Shown: positions 1-12,100 of the stretch, piece after piece
Numbering within the stretch: position 1 is the first letter of the stretch
Layout of the letters: each line of letters opens with the position of its first letter
Assembly (NCBI GenBank): GCA_001873845.1
Contig: MNZY01000237.1
Coordinates: 1 to 42,453, forward strand
Length of the DNA: 42,453 nt
Reading direction: 5' to 3'
Source: Candidatus Altarchaeum sp. CG2_30_32_3053
GTDB taxonomy: Archaea; Altiarchaeota; Altiarchaeia; Altiarchaeales; Altiarchaeaceae
Notes under the pieces: model-generated
Told to the model about the DNA's origin: nothing
The model's input: only the letters and a program-made list of their open reading frames with translations
The model's database searches: none
Translations under genes and position numbers: made by a program

Positions 1-20
1 ACAGGATCGAAAAATTTATT

Positions 21-44
21 TACTAAAAAAATATTTTTTTAGTA
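21..44. other. 24-nt perfect palindrome tactaaaaaaat/atttttttagta; possible bidirectional terminator or binding site at the window edge
   Basis: Read directly: positions 21-32 are the reverse complement of 33-44. The stem is all A/T apart from one C:G pair, so it is weak as an RNA hairpin. Confidence 0.3.
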
Positions 45-166
45 GATTTTTAAAAAATATCTCACAAATTAATTATCCCAATTTAAAGGGATTATCAAAC
101 AAAATTGATAACAAGAACTATAAATTGAAATGGTAAACTTTTGCAATAATACTTTTTTATAATAAA

Positions 167-946
167 ATGGAAGGAAATGAAAGGATTGGACAAAATATTA
201 CAATAAGAAATTCAACGAGTTTAGTATTATCTTTGATTTTTTTGTTTTTCTTAATTGTGTTGGTTGGTTATGTTGGAGTGTCTAAAACCAAGGATGCAAA
301 TATAATATTTTCACTTTTATTTTTATGTGCTGTAATTTTCATAATGGTTTTAGAATTTAGTTTGTTTAGAGATAGAAAGAAATTTGAAAGTTTAGAAGAA
401 GATGTTGAAATTTGCAATAAATATATTCTTTCAAACGATAAAAAAGATATTTGTATTCTTAGTGGTGAAGCTTATTCTGGATTTTATGAAGAAATGAAGG
501 AGAACATAGAAAATATCATAGAAAATAATGGGAAAATTAGATTTTTATGCGGTCCAGAATTTGACATTAATTCCATTACTTTATTGGAATTGGCAAAAGA
601 GAAAAAGATAGAAATTAGGTTGTTAAAGAAGAGAGAAGAACGCCATTTTAAGGTTGCAGATGATAAATATTTTTGTATAAGTGATCCACATGGGTCCGGA
701 AGTGATAAAAGAAGTGGATGGATAGAGCATTCTCCTTTCAGAGCAATAAAATACAAAACAAAATTTGAAAATTTATGGAAAAAAGCAAACGTTTTTGATG
801 TTGAAAATGTCTTAAAAGACGAAAAATCTTTTCAAAAAGAATCATTAGGAAAGTTCGTAAAGTTTGAGAAAGGCGAAAAAAAGTATGCAAATGAAGAAGA
901 TATAAAAAATTTAAAAATTAAATTGAGCATTAAAAATGGTAATTGA
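167..946 (+). CDS. Membrane protein with two N-terminal TM helices and a soluble domain carrying a degenerate PLD-like (H-x-K) motif
   Basis: 259-aa ORF. Hydrophobic segments are STSLVLSLIFLFFLIVLVGYVGV and IIFSLLFLCAVIFIMVLEFSLF. The C-terminal domain has ERHFKVADDKYFCISDPHGSGSD followed by KFENLWKKA, which resembles the HKD core and the terminal F..lW of PLD/Nuc-like folds. The spacing is not canonical. Confidence 0.6.
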   Translation: MEGNERIGQNITIRNSTSLVLSLIFLFFLIVLVGYVGVSKTKDANIIFSLLFLCAVIFIMVLEFSLFRDRKKFESLEEDVEICNKYILSNDKKDICILSGEAYSGFYEEMKENIENIIENNGKIRFLCGPEFDINSITLLELAKEKKIEIRLLKKREERHFKVADDKYFCISDPHGSGSDKRSGWIEHSPFRAIKYKTKFENLWKKANVFDVENVLKDEKSFQKESLGKFVKFEKGEKKYANEEDIKNLKIKLSIKNGN

Positions 947-1346
947 AGGTGGCACATCAAATTTAATAAATCCATCAAATTTAGTGATATTTGGCGGGGT
1001 CGCGGCAACAATATTAATTAGCTTTGGCAAAGGAATGAATGAACTTTTAGAGATAACACTTAAAAAAGAAATTCATGATAAGTCCAAGTCATATGTTGTG
1101 GGAACATTTATAAGTTTTCTTTATTTGGCGGGTGTCACTTTTTTATTATCCTCTATTGTCATTAACAATAACAGTTTTACATTTATTGGGTGGAATGTTG
1201 ATGTTATATGGGTTGGTTCAATTTTAATCTTTTTATCTACTCTCTTACTTGCATTCTTAGTTCTATTGCCTCTATTATATTTCTTACTTCCATTATTTCA
1301 CACTTTGATGACAAAATTATGGACAAAGTATTGGGAAAATTTTTGA
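936..1346 (+). CDS. Small multi-pass membrane protein of unknown function, overlapping the upstream gene
   Basis: 136-aa ORF with about three hydrophobic helices. Its ATG lies inside ATGGTAATTGA, which also holds the upstream stop: an 11-nt overlap typical of operonic coupling. Confidence 0.5.
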   Translation: MVIEGGTSNLINPSNLVIFGGVAATILISFGKGMNELLEITLKKEIHDKSKSYVVGTFISFLYLAGVTFLLSSIVINNNSFTFIGWNVDVIWVGSILIFLSTLLLAFLVLLPLLYFLLPLFHTLMTKLWTKYWENF

Positions 1347-1589
1347 ATTTTACTTTTTCTCTTATTCACATTACTCTAAAATCAGCAACATTTTCTATTA
1401 AACAAATTATGTGAAAGATTTAAAAAATCAAAAATGTCTATTTTAAATAATTCCCATCTTTCAAAGTTATTGAAAAAAGAGTATTGCCGACTCTGTTTTT
1501 TCTTGCCACCAACATTAATTAATTAACACAAAAGTTTCCCATTTTAATTTACTCCATTAACAAATCACCTCGCTGTTGTTCGGAGATGG

Positions 1590-1628
1590 ACAAAATGTTC
1601 AGAACATTTTGTAAGATTGAAAATCTTA
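1590..1628 (+). other. Two abutting perfect hairpins in a 670-nt non-coding gap
   Basis: acaaaatgtt-cag-aacattttgt (1590-1612; 10-bp stem, 3-nt loop) is followed directly by taagatt-gaa-aatctta (1612-1628; 7-bp stem). Read directly. Confidence 0.35.
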
Positions 1629-2016
1629 TGGATTTTCACTATTTAAAGTTGATTTAAAAATTGTGAAAATATTTCCTAAAACCAGGATTTAAATCTTTTG
1701 TATAAATTCTTGAGATTATTTGTAAGTATTAAATTTAATAATTTAATGAGTTGGAAACTTTTGTATATAATATAATCTTTTAAATCTAATTTATATATTT
1801 ATTTTAAATTTATGTAATAGTTTTACAAATATTTAGGCAGATATATCGGAAAATTTGCATTTCCGAATATCCTCTTATGCCGTTCACAGATATAAAAATT
1901 TGATAACAATCAACATAGGTAGTCGGATTTCGTCTGACTGAATGAAACCACTACTTTTATTTAGATTTATCTTAAATTATTTTAAATTTTAATTTTCAAA
2001 TTATTTATAAAGTAAT

Positions 2017-2922
2017 ATGCGAAATAAAATTTTGTATATTTTGGAATTTTTGATTTGTTTTATGATTTTGGTTAATATCACAAGTGCAGAACAATGCAGA
2101 GATGTTACATATATTAAGGGAACAGTATATGTAGGTGAAAGTCCATTAAATAACGGAGTAATAGTTGCAAAGTGTGAGGGATACAACGATTCACAAGAGA
2201 ATATAAAAGATGGAATATATATGATAGTACCTTTTGTAAATGCAAATGGCTCTTCAAATGTTGCACTGGAAATTTATGTTAATAGTGCACTCGTAAAAAC
2301 AGTGTATGTTAAAATTAACAACTGTGGAGAAAAAAAAGAAGGTTTTAATATAAATATAGATTCTGCCTCATTGCAAAACAATCAGACCAACAATGTAAAC
2401 CAGTCCAGCACATCACAAGACAGCCAAAGCAGCACAAACCAATCTGCCTCATCACAAAATCAGCAAAACAATCAGACCAATAATGTAAACCAGTCCAACA
2501 CATCACAAGACAGCCAAAGCAGCACAAACCAATTTACCTCATCACAAAATCAGCAAAACAACCAAACTAATGTATCAAACCAATCTGCCTCATCACAAAA
2601 TCAGCAAAACAACCAAACTAATGTATCAAACCAATCTGTCTCATCACAAAATCAGCAAACCAATCAGACCGATGTATCAAAAATTAATATATCATATCAA
2701 CCTGGCACATCTTCAACAAATCAAACCAATGCTGCAAATGCGAATCAACCTGACACAGCACAAATCAACCAGACCGATGTACCAAATATAAACCAAGAAA
2801 ACCTCTCAAATCAATCTACTCTGTCACAAAGTACAGATCAATTTATAACTTATGGTTTGTACTTGATAATTATTATTTTATTAATAATTTTATTTATATT
2901 TTTAATCAGGCACAAGAAATAA
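2017..2922 (+). CDS. Secreted protein: small beta-rich N-domain, Q/N/S/T tandem-repeat stalk, C-terminal TM anchor
   Basis: 301-aa ORF. Signal-like N-terminus is ILYILEFLICFMILVNITSA|EQC. The low-complexity repeats are NNQTNNVNQSSTSQDSQSSTNQSASSQNQQ x2 then NNQTNVSNQSASSQNQQ x2-3. The C-terminus is YGLYLIIIILLIILFIFLIRHKK (TM plus basic tail). Confidence 0.8.
   Translation: MRNKILYILEFLICFMILVNITSAEQCRDVTYIKGTVYVGESPLNNGVIVAKCEGYNDSQENIKDGIYMIVPFVNANGSSNVALEIYVNSALVKTVYVKINNCGEKKEGFNINIDSASLQNNQTNNVNQSSTSQDSQSSTNQSASSQNQQNNQTNNVNQSNTSQDSQSSTNQFTSSQNQQNNQTNVSNQSASSQNQQNNQTNVSNQSVSSQNQQTNQTDVSKINISYQPGTSSTNQTNAANANQPDTAQINQTDVPNINQENLSNQSTLSQSTDQFITYGLYLIIIILLIILFIFLIRHKK
2374..2655 (+). repeat. 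In-frame coding tandem repeats: 2 x 90 nt then 2 x 51 nt
   Basis: Copies at 2374-2463 and 2464-2553 (period 90) and at 2554-2604 and 2605-2655 (period 51) are near-identical at nucleotide level. A degenerate continuation follows. Confidence 0.9.
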
Positions 2923-2930
2923 TTTATAAT

Positions 2931-3038
2931 TTAATTTATAATATTATTTAATTTATAAATGAGTATTACTAATTTATTCAATTTAATTTATAATATTATT
3001 TAATTTATAAATACTAATTTATTCAATTTAATTTATAA
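2931..3038. repeat. AT-only direct repeats in the intergenic region upstream of the 5585-aa gene
   Basis: ttaatttataatattatttaatttataaat occurs at 2931-2960 and 2983-3012. actaatttattcaatttaatttataa occurs at 2968-2993 and 3013-3038. Confidence 0.7.
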
Positions 3039-3157
3039 ATAATTTTAATTTAATTTATATATTTTAATTTAAAATTTATATATACTTTAATATAAATATA
3101 TTTTACTTTAATATAAGTTTTTAAATTTTATTCATCCGAAAATTTATCATTTAAAAA

Positions 3158-6100
3158 ATGTCAAAGACAAAATATATAAAGCAACGGAAAATTGTATATA
3201 TTATTATTTTTAGTATTATCCTGCTTTTTGGAGGTAATGATGTTTTTGCAGTTGACTACCCTAATGATGCACAATTATATCTAACAAATCAAACAAGTGT
3301 AAGTGCCATTTCTTCTTCATTTAAGGAGAACTTGAATAGGGTGTATGATCAATATCATGAATATGCCGATAAATTTTCTGCAGTAGATTTTACAAAGAAT
3401 GGTCAAAGTTACAGCAACGGAACTTTTATTAGCAATATTACTGTGCCTTTAAATATGGCAAACAATTTTTCTGTTGACCAAGCTTATGCGCCTCAAAAGC
3501 GAAATGTTTGTATATTCATGAGCAATGTGAAGGACGATTCACCTCAACACAATGAAGTTACCTATGGGCGGCTTCCTTTACAGGGCTTTGTTTCAAATTT
3601 TTTGGGTTTGGATTATACTTTGGTTACAGAAACAGATATTGCTAATGGAAATTTGAACAATTGTGATATGTTTTTAATTCCCGCAATTCAGCATGGTCCT
3701 TCTGATAATGTAACACAATGGATGGATCAAATTAAGGAAAACTTTACATCAACAGGATTAAACAATCTGAAAAATTTCGTTTTGAATGGCGGGTCAATAT
3801 TTGCTGAGAGTGATGGGATGTACATTTTGCAGATGGCAAATATTACAGCAAATAACACCATAAATTTGACTGATGATAACAGGTTATATGGATCCAGCAA
3901 TAAGGGATATATTCAATTTCAAAATTTTACAAATCCTGCTTCTTTTGGCTATAATGCTTCAAATGTTTCTTCTTATACAATTGGAGACCCACTAATAAAT
4001 TTGTCTGTTCCGGGTTCAAATTTAACTTCTATCGCAAATTTTTCCGGAAATCTGATGTATCCAAATGGAAGCGTAAATAGTTATGCAGGAACAGCAATGG
4101 CTTATAAGGATTATGGTAATGGAAGGGTTTATTTATCTGTTCCTCATTTAGCTTCTAATTATGAAACACAAAGAGCGTTGGCTTTTATTATCACGTATGG
4201 AATTTCTGAGAGAATGGAATTTGAAAGAAGCATAGAATTAACTGATCTGCCAAATTATTATGATGCAAATAATGTGCTAGTTATTCCTGCTTTGGAAGAA
4301 AACATAAATTTGACAGTAAGCGCATTGTTCGGAAATACATGGAATAAAACCTTAAATAATGTGCGCATGAGAATTAATATAAATCAAGAATTTCAATTAG
4401 ATCCAAATACAGATTTTTGTACTCAATTAAATTCATCAATATATCCAAATCCAACTTGTGCTGTTGTTGCACCATTATCCGGAACAAATTACATTGAGGT
4501 AAATTTTTCAACCTTGAATCCAGGATTGTTCAACGCCACATACAAAATTTCAACAAGAACGGGCAGTACTGGATTGACAAATATCGGAAATGTGACGATA
4601 AATTTTACGGATGTAAATGGACAAAACAGAGAGGTTTTTCAAGACAGAACTTATGTTAACGCGATGACAAGAGCAGATTTAAGGGTTGATAAAGATAGCG
4701 GTCTTCCAACCCCACTTGCCGCAGGTTCTAATTATAGTGCTTATATTGACATCGCGATTCAAAACAAAGGAGAAACACCTGCAATAAATGCAATAATTTC
4801 AGATATAATTCCAAATCAGATAAATGTAACTGTTAGAGATGAACAAGGAAATTGGAAGAATGTAACTGTAAATATAAGTGTTACTTGTCCTTCCGGATGG
4901 ACATCAACAAATGTTATGGTTTATAATTATAGCAATACACGCACAGGAGAAATTTATCCTGTAATTAACGCAACCAATTGTTCAACAATTATGAATGTTT
5001 CTCCTCATGATAATATTGACCCTATCGGAAGGGTAGATATTGTAGTTCATACGCCGCCAAGATGGTGGAGTGAAACATCTGACTGTACAAATAATCCTCC
5101 ATGTAATGATAATAATTGCACCTGGGTGAATATGAGTAATGTTACTGCTGGGGATTTTTTTCCGTTTAATTTGGGTGGAGAATTACACAACGATGCCACC
5201 GTCGGGCCATCAAACACTTCCAAGGTTGATTATAAAGATGTATGGGACAGGAATTACACATCTCCTTTGAGAGAATTGGTAGATAGACTATCAGTACATG
5301 GTCTGCCGAAAATTGGAAATAATATGACTGTAACAAAAAGTATATATATGATTCTACAAAATGGAAACGTGAGTGATGTTATGCCTGCGAACGGTACAGC
5401 AAATGTTACTATAGAAATAGCAATATATCCCAATAATTGTGTGCGTTATGATTACACAAATAGAAGTTGCAATTGCAGTGACGCAGGAAACAAAACAGCT
5501 TATTGTTATTCTGAGAGCAGTTTTGAAAATGCTACTTTAATATATTTGGAAGATACTATTCCAAAAGGAGTAAGTTATAGATTAAACATTACGGGAGTAA
5601 GTTTGTCACCACACCAAACACAAAATACACCTTTTTACACAATATACTCCTGGCAAAATTTAAGTGTCCCGTGTGGAAATGTTACAAAAATTTATATAAA
5701 CGCAACTTTAGAACCATTAGGGACTGACGGAGAACTTACAGTAAATAAAGGAGGTAGTTATATGTATTATGATGTAATGTTAGAAAGGGAGGTAGTTAAA
5801 TTACTTCCAATTGATTCAGTTGCTTCTGAAATTTCACAATTTTCAATTACAAAAGGAACGCATCCAAGTTTACTACCGCCCGGGGGACAGGGAAAACATG
5901 TTTATCATTCATTAGAAATTTATGATTCTCCCGAGATGCATCAATTTCCAGACCCTTATTATCATTCTTATGGATTTAGAAATGGAACTGTAAGAACATA
6001 CACAGGTGGAACATTACCTTATTCAACAACTACTTATCATTCCATAGTAAATGCTACAAATAATTTTACAATAATTCATCTGACATTTTCAAATACAGGA

Positions 6101-9100
6101 AATGAAACATGGAATATTTCTTCTTTGAACATTTCAAACATAACGATGAGGCATTTTCTTAATTCTCCGGATTTTTCATCAAATTTTAACATAACTCCAA
6201 ATTTTGATTTACCAATTATCATTGGACCGGGAAAAAATATAATGATTTATTTTAATGTTACTTATAATGGTTCTGTTCCGGCACAACAGATTTATGAGGT
6301 AAATTTTAATTTCAGCGCTTTGAATGTTCCGGAAAATTTTTCAATATCTCCTGCAAAAATTGGAGTTGGAAATTCTACAATTTATGATTATTATGATTAT
6401 GGAAGAAACATTATAATTAGCGATAAATTAAGGAGCGGGGTGGAATACGCATCTACAAAATACATTTACGGAGCGTGCCCGGCTGCTGTTAATGAGACAA
6501 ATTATAATAGCGCGCGTAATTTTAATTATTCTGAAAAAACCGGAAATGCACATGCAGGAACAAATATTACATGGAATCTTTCTGCTTTAGAACCATCATA
6601 TAACAATTCAGTAACACTGCCTTATGTTGTTAATGATTCCGGAACATTCATCACTCAGCCAAGGTTCTGCATTTTAATAGATTCTTTATGGCTTGGAGGC
6701 ACCACGGGAACATATCCTATAAATTTGGGTGCAAATGTAACTTATACTGATGATACATGGAATGAGGAAAAAAATGCTTCATCTAATGTCCCACACACAG
6801 ATCTTCATGGTCCTTTAATTAATGTCACAAAAAGAATAACTGATATTTATGTATTTATCCCTCCAGACAATTATTGCCAGTATATCTATCCTTATGATCC
6901 AAACAGACCAAATTTTACTGAACCGCACCCGAGAATTTCGTATAATATGACTTCTATGGTGTGTATGATGATTCATGTGAGAAATGACGGGGATGCAGTT
7001 GCATCAAATGTAACAATTACAGATGTTTTGCCGCCAAATTCCACTTACATTTACAATTCATTAAATTATCAAGGATGCACTCTTCCCTCGCCAAGGGATT
7101 CTTTTAGAATAGCGCCAAGTAGTATTAATAATGACACACCAAGTGAAAATTATACCGCCTTGAATTATTCCATTTCTGACATTGCTCCTGGTGGAACTGC
7201 CAAAATTTTGGTGTGCGTAAATGTAACTCCAAATGAGACAAATGGAATTGCTCCTGGTGATAATATAACTATTAATGAGCCGGTAAACGCTTCATTTATG
7301 TCGGATTTGTTTCCGGGTGATAAATTTAACACTTCAAATTATGAACAATTAAACGCGAGTTCAAATGAGACAATATTATCAATAAATAAAACAGCTTCTC
7401 ATAGCAGTATAAATGCTACAATTCCAACATTAATAAATTTAACCATAAATGTTACAAATATTGGATATGTGATGGCAGAGCATGTTTATATCATAGACGA
7501 TATTCCTTTATATAACAGCACTTATCAATATAGTGCTACTATAAATTGTGTTAAAGTTTATCTGCAAAATTCTTCTGGAATATATGAATCAAACAATACT
7601 TGTGATGATTATGGAGCAGGAGTAAGTGGAATTCGTGGACACATTCCTCATACAGGAAATATTGATGTGAACTACACATATTATGGAAGCTATACTACGG
7701 GAAATCAAGGACAGGATGGATACAAATATACTTTAAAATATGGGGTGTTGTCTAATCTGAGTGTTGGAGCTTCTTTTATTATTAATGTAACTTTAAATGT
7801 AACTATTAATCTTTCTGCGGAGAATTTTCAATTAAATTACAATCCGTTAACACGGGCAGATAATGCCACATTGAAAGAAGGCCCTACGGTTAGCGTTAAT
7901 GTTACTGTTTGGGGTCCAAGATTGAATATAAGTAAGGAAGTGAAGAAAATTTGTCCTCCTCCAATAGACAACACATGCGTTGCTGCTTGCAGTGACAGTG
8001 GCAGTGGCGATGGAACTTCATGGGAAAATGCAAAATGTTTGATTACAAATGATAATACAACAGAAAATAACATATCTGAAACCTCGAATACAAGCGACCA
8101 ATATTATAAATATGTTTTAGATGGTTGGAGTTATGTAAATATTACTTATGCTACAACCGCATTAACAGGCACACTTAATTTATATACTGATTGGAATGGA
8201 ACATACCCAAATTCAACTAATTTTGATTGCCACAAACAAATAGCATCAGGAGTACTTACATCTGTAAGTTGCATTTCTACAAGACCTTTGCCACCCGGAA
8301 CATATTATGTTCTAAGAAATCTTACTCCTAATGCCTCTGGGGTCAAGACGGTAACTGGAACAATATCCTTCAAAGCAACCTGTTATTCAGATCAATGCTG
8401 GAATAAAGGTTACATGATAGCAGACCAAGCAAATCCAAACAATACTATTGATTTACAATTTAATGTTTCAAACAATCTTCCCTGGCAAGAAGCAACTTTA
8501 ACTGCTTATAATGTGACAATTTATGATGAACTGCAAAATTTTGTTAAGGTATGGGATTTCAACAGATGGAATAATACTCCAAATAATACAAATATTCAGT
8601 ATATATGCACGAATGGAACAAATGGAACTTTAAACATAATTGAAAATAATAACAATTTGGATGAAGGAATCTTAAATTTTACTGTTGACAGTCAGGGATT
8701 AATGGAAAATTGTTCTCTGTTGTTTAATGTTTCTGTAACTTATGCTCCTCCGTGCGCTTCAAATGCGAGTCCGAATTATTCTGGACAAAATTACAGCAAT
8801 CCTTACTGGAATAATGCTTCAATTTATGATCAAACAAACCATAATTATATTTTAAATTTAAATCCACGGGTTAAAGCGCATTTTTTCGACTGGACCGAAG
8901 GAAATAATTTAACAGAAGAAGTTAGATGGAAAAAACCGTACTTTAATGTAACAAAAACAGCAAATACGAGTCAAGCAGAACCAGGGGATTATGTAAATTT
9001 TACAATTAACATTACAAATACAGGAAATTCAACTATTTATGAATTAACAGTTGATGATACTCTTCCAACAGGATTTGAATACATCAGCTATTCGACAATA

Positions 9101-12100
9101 TCTAATACTTCAAGAGATATTTCAAATATCGTAACTTTAAATTCAACTTCCCCAAAAATTATATGGAAGATATGGAATTTAAGTGTAAATGAAAGGATAA
9201 CAATAAATTTAACGGTATATGTTAGATCAGGCGCTGGAAGTGCAACGGGAGAGGTAAATACAAATAGAGTAAATGTCAGCAACAGAAATGAAAGTTATGA
9301 GGACAACATTTATGTTCAGAAAAATGCAACGACTGATGTAATAACAGTATTTACGCCAAACATAAAGGTTTCAAAGGTTTCTGATGGACCTACAGAACCA
9401 GGTGATTATGTTACCTTTAAAATTACAACAAATAATTTAAACCTTACAACAGATCATGCAACCTTATATAACATTTCAATTAAAGATGTTTTGCCACAAT
9501 GCTTTGATTATAATAATACAATAAATATTACTTATTACAGAAAAAAAGAAGGAACAACCTGCACTTATAAAAGATTACCAGGACCACCTGGTGGAGAGGC
9601 AAAAGCTTTAAATATTGTAAGCAATACAACATCAGGAAATTATATGAATGTTACATGGAATTTGACAAATATATCAAATTTAAGTCAATGTGATACAACA
9701 CAATTTAATGATTCACAATTACATCCAAACGAAACAATAGAAATTTATTTCAATGTTTATGTTAAAACATGTTCTAATAAATCGCCTACAGGAACAAATG
9801 TAACAAATGTTGCAATCCTACAAGGTTATGATGGAAATAATGTTAATTATGCTTATAATGGTTCTGCAAACATAACAGTTTATGAGCCAAATTTAGTTTT
9901 AACAAAAACGACAAATGCAACAAAAGCAGAGCCAGATGAAACCGTAAGATTTTGCCTAAATATCTCAAATCCTTCTCAGGCAAACGCATTAAATTTAGTA
10001 ATTCAGGATTCTTTGCCAAAGTATTGGAATTACAATGATACTACAACAATATATTATTATAGGGGAGAAAGTACAATTTTGGGCATTTCACTCGGGCCTG
10101 CAAATTATTCACATACATGGAATGAATTAAATACAACAATTACAGGAAATGCTGGAAACGGGCAAAACATAACATGGAATTTGTCTTTATATACAGATCA
10201 AACCACAACAGCGTGCTATTTAAATACAAGTGGAATTTATCAGGGCACATCTTCAGATGGAGATTGTAATAGTGTTGATTCATGTAATAGTAGTTCATGC
10301 ACCCCCCGTGTTTTCAATGACACTCAACTCGCTCCAAATGAATCTTTAATTTTATGCTTTAATGCGCGTGTTGAAACGCACGAAAACAAAACACAGATTG
10401 TAAATAATATTGGAAGGACAAATTATACTGATGGGGACAACGGACAATATGACGGGCAAGGCAACAGATATATGGCAATAGGAAACAAATCATTGGTTGT
10501 TAATCAGCCATATTTAGTTTTATATAAACTTGCAAATCAAAGTATTACAGAACCAGGAGGAAATAATTCCAATGCAACCTTATTTACATTAAATGTTACA
10601 AATCCTTCAAACGCAACTGCATATAACATTTCTGTAACTGATTTAATGCCTGTCGGATGGAACTATAATAACACAGTAAATATAACTTACAGGAGAAATA
10701 TTACAGTTTGCACCATTTCTGATGGTGTTGAAGTTGCATGTAATAGCTCAGAAGTTATTTATAATAGAACTTGGAACGAAACCGATATAAACATATCGCA
10801 AAGAACAGACAATGGTTATAATGTTACCTGGAATTTGAGCAAGTTGGGAACATCAGATCACCACGGTGTAAATGTAGGCATGATTCCTGTAAATGTAACT
10901 TGTAATGATGCCAATACAGGTCCAAATTCCTGCAATTGCTCTTTTCTTAATTTATCAGGAAATCAACGATGCAGGTCAGGAACAGGAGAATATTTGGAAA
11001 TCAGAGTTATAGCAACAACATGGGCAGATGCTGATGGAGGAATTAACGGCACCGGAGCAGAAAACCAGAACAATGTTACCGCACAAGGTCAGGATGGAAA
11101 CGGAACTCCGATAAACGCAAACTGGATTTTGAATGAAAGTGTTAATGTGACAAATGTTGAACCGTATCTAATTTTAAGCAAATCAGCAAATACAAGCATT
11201 GTGGGAATAGGAGAATATATTGAATTTTATTTGAATACAACGAACATAGGAAACGGAACTGCTATAAAGGTTAATGTGAGCGATGTTCTTCCTTATGGGT
11301 TTATTTATAATGACACAGATTACATAAGAATTGGAAATAGTGAATTAGATGTTTCGTTATTTGAGAAATGCAAATCAATAACATTTTGTCATAATGTAAT
11401 TAACCCGGAAAATTATCCAGGATGTTACTTAAATTGCTGTAATGAATCTTATAATCCAAACAAAGAAAATACATATTATTACAACAATTCCTGCAATATT
11501 ACAATTCAAACAACTTCAAATAAACAAAATGTTACATGGTATCTGAATGCAACTTTGTATCCAAAAGAAAGTATATTGATAAATTTCAGCGCTTATGTCA
11601 CTTCAAATGCGAGCACAGGAACAAACACAAACTTTGCTTATGCAAACGGAACATTTTTGAGCGGTGAACCCCTACCGGAAGCAGAAAATAAGGCAAATAT
11701 TACTTTAAACATTACTGTATGTAAGCCAAATTTAATCATAAATAAACAAATTTCAGATGTTGATTCTAAAACAAAAAAGATTAATATTACTGTTAAAAAT
11801 ATCGGCTGTGGAGATGCTTATGCTGTTGAAATTTCTGATGAATTGCCAATTGGATGGATATATTATTATACTTTAAGGGTTATAAAAGAAAATGCCACTG
11901 GCTCAAAATACGACATTCCGTATTCAATAATTCTCGGAAATCCCGTAATATGGAAGCCGTATGATTCAATAGACCCTTTAAATTTAAATCCGGATTTATA
12001 CGCAAACGAATCCATAAGCGTCATATTCTATGTGAAAATAACAGAAGATGCACGAGAAGGTAACAATACTGATTTTGCAAATGTTTCTTATAAAGATGCA

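Noticed and set aside
1563-1575. aaatcacctcgc, which resembles the 3' end of 16S rRNA (GATCACCTCC).
   Set aside because: No flanking similarity to the conserved 16S 3' domain. It is an isolated 8-mer coincidence.
1918-1954. A tRNA-like anticodon arm: gucgg-auUUCgu-cugac, a 5-bp stem with a 7-nt loop, U33 and a purine at position 37 (Glu anticodon UUC).
   Set aside because: There is no acceptor stem, D-arm or GTTCRA T-loop on either side, and no complementary half-tRNA leader. An isolated stem-loop like this is expected by chance.
2921-3060. A CRISPR array as the explanation for the intergenic direct repeats (also 26368..26432).
   Set aside because: There are only two copies of each element. 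The elements are interleaved or overlapping rather than separated by unique spacers, they are pure A/T, and no cas genes are present.
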